From NCBI GenBank assembly GCA_963834375.1, contig CAWIBM010000004.1, positions 277,150 through 341,149 on the forward strand: a DNA stretch of 64,000 nucleotides, given 5' to 3'. Source of the DNA: an uncultured Acidimicrobiia bacterium (GTDB lineage Bacteria; Actinomycetota; Acidimicrobiia; Spongiisociales; UBA5794). This document shows, piece by piece, positions 58,348 to 64,000 of this stretch (its first letter is position 1; every line of letters begins with the position of its first letter). The notes under the pieces were generated by a model. The model had not been told where the DNA came from. It searched no databases and worked only from the letters and a program-made list of their open reading frames with translations. Position numbers and translations under genes: made by a program.

Positions 58348-58808
58348 GGACCGGCGTGGTTCGCCTCGTCCGGGGTCTCGGGCTCGCCGCCAACCTGCTG
58401 ACCGCCGTCCACCGCCTCGTCTTGGACGGTCTCGGCTCCGTCGCTCTCGACAGCGAGCGGGCCGGCATCGTCGGCCGCCGCTTGGGCGGTGAGCACGTCG
58501 TCAGCAGCTGCGTCCGACGGGACGGTCGGGTCCACGTAGTCGTCGACCTCGCGCCGAGCCTGGCTGAGCAGCGGGTCGGTGGCCACGCCCGCCGGCGCCA
58601 TCGGGTCGGCCACCATTACTGGCCGGCGGTCGGTGCCGGGGCGCACGGCGGCGATCAGCAGCGCCAGTCCGCCGACGATGAACATGATCGCCCATACCCC
58701 GCCCCGGCCGAAGGGCCAGGGATCGTCCACGAAGACCGCCGAGAGGGCTCCGGCGATGAACAGCAGCCCGAAGAAGAAGGAGATTGCGTCGAAGGGATGT
58801 CGGTACAT
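58344..58808 (-). CDS. Small membrane protein of PspC locus
   Basis: MYRHPFDAISFFFGLLF, two TM helices, acidic tail. Confidence 0.75.
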   Translation of the reverse strand: MYRHPFDAISFFFGLLFIAGALSAVFVDDPWPFGRGGVWAIMFIVGGLALLIAAVRPGTDRRPVMVADPMAPAGVATDPLLSQARREVDDYVDPTVPSDAAADDVLTAQAAADDAGPLAVESDGAETVQDEAVDGGQQVGGEPETPDEANHAGP

Positions 58809-58820
58809 GAGCGGGGCCTC

Positions 58821-60145
58821 TCAATTCTCGGTGATGTCGATGTGCCCGGCGCCCATGTCGAGGTCGAGGTGGAGGGTCGGTTCCCCGACGACGGTGCTCT
58901 CGAAGGTGCGGGTGTGGTCGAAGCCGCCTTCCTCGTCCCCGAAGAGGGATGATGGCACCCGGCGCCGACGTTGGCTTCGATGCTCACCGATGCATCGTCG
59001 GGGAGGACGACCCGCAGCTGGCCGATGCCCTGCTCGACGGCGACGGTGGTGTCCTCCCGCAGCTCGACCTGGGTCAGGTCGAGGGTGAAATCGCCGATCC
59101 CGTGCTCGTACTCGGGCTGGAGCGTCTCACTCCGGTCGGGAGCGACGGTCTCCTGTCCCCACTCCCCCCCGATCGGGATGTTGACGGCGGCGGTGGCGAA
59201 CAGCAGCGGGGAGGCGAGCAGCCCGACCAGATCAGTCCGTGGGCTCGCCCGAAGAAGGTGCCGACAAGCAGGCCGGCGCCGATCACGATGAAGCCGGCGG
59301 CGAAGTAGTCGCCCAGGTCGAAGTCGACGTTCCCGACCGTGTGGAGCAGCCCCATCGTCCCCAGGGTGATCAGCAACACCGCAAAGGTCAGCCGGCCAAG
59401 GTAGGAGCGGGGCCGGGGCGGCACCGGGGAGCTCGGCGGCGGCGGCACCGGGTCGAAGGCGACGGGAGGCGGCGGGGGTGGTGGGGTGGTGCCGGGCGGT
59501 GCCGCCGGGGTGAACGTGACGGTATCGGCGCCGTCCGCCGGGTCGCGGTACGTCTCGACCACGGGAGACACCCACGACGCCGCAGCCGGCGGCGGTTCGA
59601 TGCCGGGGCGCGTCTGCGGCGGGATCAGTCGGGATGGCGGGCGCCGCATGGGCCGGCACGACGTCTGGCAGGGGCCCCGGCGGCGGCGTCTCGCCGTCGG
59701 GCGGTGAGGACCCACCGGGGGTGACGGCATCCCTACCCGTCTGCCCCCGGTAGAGCAGGAAGCCGGCCAGGAACAGGGCGGCGGCGAAGACGAGCTGGAA
59801 GCTGAAGAGGTCGGCGGCGCCGATGAGCACGGCACCCGCCACCACGATCAACCCGATCCCCAGCCAGGCCGAGGAGCCGGTGCGGCCGGACAAGAAGTCC
59901 TCCGCCACCGACTTGTCCGCCCCTTCCTCGGGGATGGCCAGCCATCCCACCAGGTAGAGCAGGGCCCCGAGCCCGCCGAAGAAGGCAGTGACGATGAAGC
60001 CGAGCCTGATCCACGACGGGGAGACGTCCAGCCGGCGAGCGAGCCCGCCGGCGACTCCCCCGAGGATGGCGCCGTCCCGGATCCGGGTGAGGCCTCCGGG
60101 GGCGGGACGTTGCTCGGGTCGTTGTGTGGTCATGTGGTTGGTCAT
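58821..60145 (-). CDS. PspC domain membrane protein with LiaF-like C-terminus, frameshifted
   Basis: LTRIRDGAILGGVAGGLA..RLGF..LYLVGWLAIP, and GIGDFTLDLT..GIGQLRVVLP. Confidence 0.85.
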
Positions 60146-60279
60146 GCCCGCAATGTGCGTCACCGCAGCGATGTTCGCCGCCATCGGGGATGACCCTGGA
60201 CAGTCCCTGAGATCACGGCGGGGCGGCCAGGGTGATCCCCTGTTGTGGCCCACCGGCCGCTGTGACACCATCGCGGCCG

Positions 60280-61480
60280 ATGACGACCTCGCCGCCGGCC
60301 TCTCCTCAATGGGCCGAGAACTGGAGCGGGCTCCGGGAGTACTTGACCCGGAGCACCGACGACCGCGTCGTCACCGGGGTCGCCGGCGGGTTGGCGGCCC
60401 GTCTCGGGATGGGCTCGGGCTACGTGCGCGCCGGCTTCGCGGGTCTGGCACTCACCGGCCTGGGACTGGTGCTGTACCCGGTGCTGTACGCTCCTCTCCG
60501 CCGGCACGGCGCCGAGCGTCACCCTGGCGCGCAGCCCGATCGACGGCCGGCAGAAGGTCGGGCTCGGCCTTGATGTTCGCCGGGGTGACGGTCGCCGCCG
60601 CCGTGCTCACCGATGCCTTGGCTCAACGGCCCGGCACTGGCCGCCCTCATCCTGATCGCCTTCGGGGTCGCCGCGGTCTGGGACCGAAGCGTCAGCGGTT
60701 CCACCGGTGGCGACACCAACCAGAGCCGGCTCCGCATCATCATGGGGGCGGCGGTGATCCTCGCCGGCATGGCGCTGCTCATCGGTGCCAGCTACCGGGT
60801 GTCCGACCTGGCCCCGATCGCCCTCGCCGTCGGCATCACCGGTCGCCGGCGTCCTCCTGGTCTTCGGCCCGTGGGCGATGCGGCTGGCCACCGATCTGGC
60901 CGAGGAGCGACGTGACCGCATCCGCTCCGAGGAGCGCGCCGAGATGGCCGCCCACCTCCACGACTCGGTGTTGCAGACGTTCGCCATGATCCAGAGGACA
61001 GACGACCCCCGCAAGATGGCCACCCTGGCACGCTCCCAGGAGCGGGAGTTGCGGGCCTGGCTGTACGGCAGCCGCAACTCCGAGCACGGTCGGATGCTGT
61101 CCGACGCCCTCGAAGAGATGGCGGACCGGGTGGAGCAGGCATCCGACGTCCCGGTGGAGGTGGTGGTCGTCAGCGACCTGGCGATGGGGCCGAAGCTCGA
61201 AGCGGTGGTGGCCGCCTCCGGCGAGGCCATGACCAACGCCGCCCGACACTCCGGTGCCGGCAAGGTGTCGGTGTACGCCGAGGTGGACGGCGCGATGCTC
61301 GAGGTCTTCGTCACCGACCAAGGGGTGGGGTTCGACTCCACGGCGCTGCCCGCCGACCGGCACGGGCTGCGTGAGTCGGTCATCGGCCGGATGCAGCGCC
61401 ACGGTGGTGCCGCCGCCATCGTCAGCGAGCCCGGCGAGGGCACCGAGGTCCACCTCACCATGCCCATGGAGGCCTCATGA
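60280..61480 (+). CDS. PspC-domain sensor histidine kinase, frameshifted
   Basis: RSTDDRVVTGVAGG, AAHLHDSVLQT, EAMTNAARH, DQGVGFD, GEGTEV. Confidence 0.9.
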
Positions 61481-62123
61481 CTCCCATTCGGGTGTTCCTG
61501 GTCGACGACCACGAGCTGTTCCTCTCCGGGGTGCGCGCCGAGCTGTCCGACCGGGACGGCTTCGACGTGGTCGGTTGGGCGAGCGACGTCGACGACGCGG
61601 TGGCTTCGATCCGCCGGCTGGTGCCCGACATCGTGCTCATCGACGTGCACATGCCGGGGGGTGGCGGCCTCGCCGTCATCCGCGGGGTGGCCGAGGCCAA
61701 CCCGGAGGTCCGCTTCCTCGCCCTGTCCGTGTCCGACGCCCCCGACGACGTGATCGCCATGATCCGCGCCGGTGCCCGCGGGGTTACGTGACCAAGACCA
61801 TCGCCGGCGACGAGCTTGCCGAAGCCCTGAAGCGCACCGCCGAGGGCGATGCTGTGTTCTCACCGCGGCTGGCCGGGTTCGTCCTCGACGCCTTCGCCGG
61901 GGCCCTGCCCCGTCCCGAGGATCCCGAGCTCGACCAGCTCACTCCCCGCGAGCGCGAGGTCCTGCGCCAGATCGCCCGCGGTCACACCTACAAGCAGGTG
62001 GCGCGCCGGCTGTCGATCTCGGTGAAGACGGTGGAGACCCATGTGTCGGCGGTGCTGCGCAAGCTGCAGCTCTCCAGCCGCCACGAGCTGGCCCGCTGGG
62101 CCACCGACCGCCGCATCGTGTGA
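61477..62123 (+). CDS. NarL/LuxR family response regulator, frameshifted
   Basis: VFLVDDH, IDVHMP, LTPREREVL..KTVETH. Confidence 0.93.
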
Positions 62124-62127
62124 CTCG

Positions 62128-64000
62128 CTACGGGGCGCAGCAGGCGAGGGCGTAGGCCACGGCCTCGTCGTACCCCATGGCCCTGCCCTGGCGGTACCAC
62201 TCGGCCGGCTCGCCGGTGAGCGCCTCCATCGTCTCGTACTCCAGCCCGGGAGGCAGGTTGATGGTGTACGAGACCAGATCGGTCCCGGTGGTGATCCGCA
62301 TGCTGTGGAAGGCGCCGGCGAGCCGCAGCTTCTCCTCGTCGTTGCCCTGCTCCTGGGCGAGGCCGGCCAGCCCGGCGATCGAACATCACCGCCGCCGACT
62401 CGTCGTGGTGGCCGGCGAACAGCGAGAGGCCGTCGTGGAAGTACCTGCCGGCGGCCTCCAGGTCGCCGCGGCGGATCGCGACGAAACCCAGTTCGTAGAG
62501 CCCCCAGCCCCTCCCGAACTCGTTGCCCGCCTGCTCGTAGTAGTCGACGCTGGCCTCGAACGGCTCGACGGCCTTGGCGAAGTCCTCGGTCGATGAGGTA
62601 GGCGTTGCCTCTTCCCCAGGCGACGTCGCCCAGGCCTCCGACGTCGCCCAGTCGGCGGTAGATCTCCTCCGCCTCTTCCAGCATGGCGACGGACTCGGTC
62701 ACGCCGGTGCCGCCCTGCGGGCTGGCGAAGTCGACCGCCAGGGCCATGTTGTAGAGGGCGTTGGCGATCTCGCCTGGATCGCCCACTTCCCGTTGCAACT
62801 CCAAGGCACGACGGTACGTGGCGAGGCACTCCTGGACGCGGCCCTGCCACCACAACACCCCGCCGAGCGCCTCGGTCGCCTTGGCCCTACTCGCCAGCGT
62901 CCCTCCCGGCATGGCGAGCGCCGCGTCCAAACGACGCCGGGCCTCGAGGAGGTGGCCCCGGGCCTGCCAGAAGCGCCACATCGCCGCGGTCAGCCGCAGC
63001 GCCCGCTCCGTGTCGCCTGCCTCCACCGCCCAATCGTTGGCTGCTCGGACGTTGTCGTGGTCGGCGGCGATCCGGTCGAGATAGAGCTTGCGGTCGTGGC
63101 CGAGGACGTTGGCGGCCATCTCCTCGGCCAGCGCCCTGTACACCTCCAGGTGCCCGGCCTTGATGGACTCGGCTTCTCCCGACTCGACCAGGCGCTCGGC
63201 GGCGTACTGCCGGATCACCTGCAGCATCCGGATGCGAGATCGGCCCTCGCGCTCGACCGGGAAGATCAGGCTCTGGTCGAGGAGAACGCTCAGTCCCTCG
63301 AGCACGTCCGACGACCCGTCGCCGCCGCACACCTGCTCGACCTCCTCGATACCTCCGCCGCCGGAGAACACGGAGAGACGCCAGAAGAGCGTCCGATGCG
63401 GCTGGTCGAGCAGGTCGTGGCTCCAGTCGATGGCGCCGGCGATGGTGCGCTGCCGTTCGGGGAGGTCGACCGCACCGGAGGACAGGATCCGGTTGCCGAG
63501 CCGCTCCACGATGGTGCCGACCGGCAGCAGGCGCACCTGTGGGGCGACCAGCTCGATGGCGAGCGGCAGCCCGTCCAGCCGCCGAACCAGCTCGGCGACC
63601 GCCGCCGCGTTGTCCTTGGTCAGCTCGAAGTCGGGCCGGACCGCCATCGCCCGCTCCACGAACAGCCGCGCCGCATCGACGTCGAGGAGCGATTCCACAC
63701 TGCCGTCGGGCACCCCGAGCGGGCGCACCGGCATCTCCTGCTCGCCGCTGATGTGGAGTGGGCCCCGCGAGGTGACCACGAACTTGGATCGGGACGAAAC
63801 CCGGGCCAGTTCCGCAACCACCGGGGCGGCGCCGATGATCTGCTCGAAGTTGTCGAGGATGAGGAGCACCTCTTTGTCAGCGAGATGCTCGAGCAGGGCG
63901 TCGGTGGGTGACCGGGTGCCGATCGGAGCCTGCAGCCCTAGGGAGATCAGCACCTGGGTGGGGACGACGTCGACGTCGCTCACCGGTGAGAGGTCGACGA
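62128..64000 (-). CDS. STAND/NB-ARC-like ATPase with TPR repeats (5' end outside window), frameshifted
   Basis: LLILDNFEQ, VTSR, LDGLPLAIEL, IDWSHDLL, RLSVF, TPR-like helices. Confidence 0.88.

Noticed and set aside
1-64000. Widespread frameshifts as pseudogenisation or programmed frameshifting
   Set aside because: Indels hit most genes, including map, msrA and moxR, while motifs stay intact. This fits uncorrected long-read error.

Overview
High-GC actinobacterial chromosomal window (Acidimicrobiia-like by gene content; this is an inference). Most genes carry scattered 1-bp indels, which suggests long-read assembly error, so gene limits were rebuilt by joining frames and are approximate. In order the window holds: a Cdc48-like AAA ATPase; a CDP-sugar and double C-methyltransferase cluster; a long MoxR/DUF58/BatA/VWA/ABC operon preceded by whiB; RNase P RNA; msrA; an HNH gene and a DUF222-HNH gene with DNA-damage-type promoters; an ABC exporter pair; map; an Rrf2-regulated sulfonate-type ABC importer; an imelysin/di-heme oxidoreductase/imelysin/HTTM iron operon divergent from ferritin; tRNA-Val(TAC); and a PspC two-component locus. 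The best candidate for an undescribed system is 33.2-41.6 kb. It encodes a domain-shuffled PEP-synthase/rifampin-phosphotransferase-like dikinase, a second phospho-His swivel protein, two paralogous nucleotidyltransferases with Cys-rich tails, and two tandem paralogous small proteins of unknown function.
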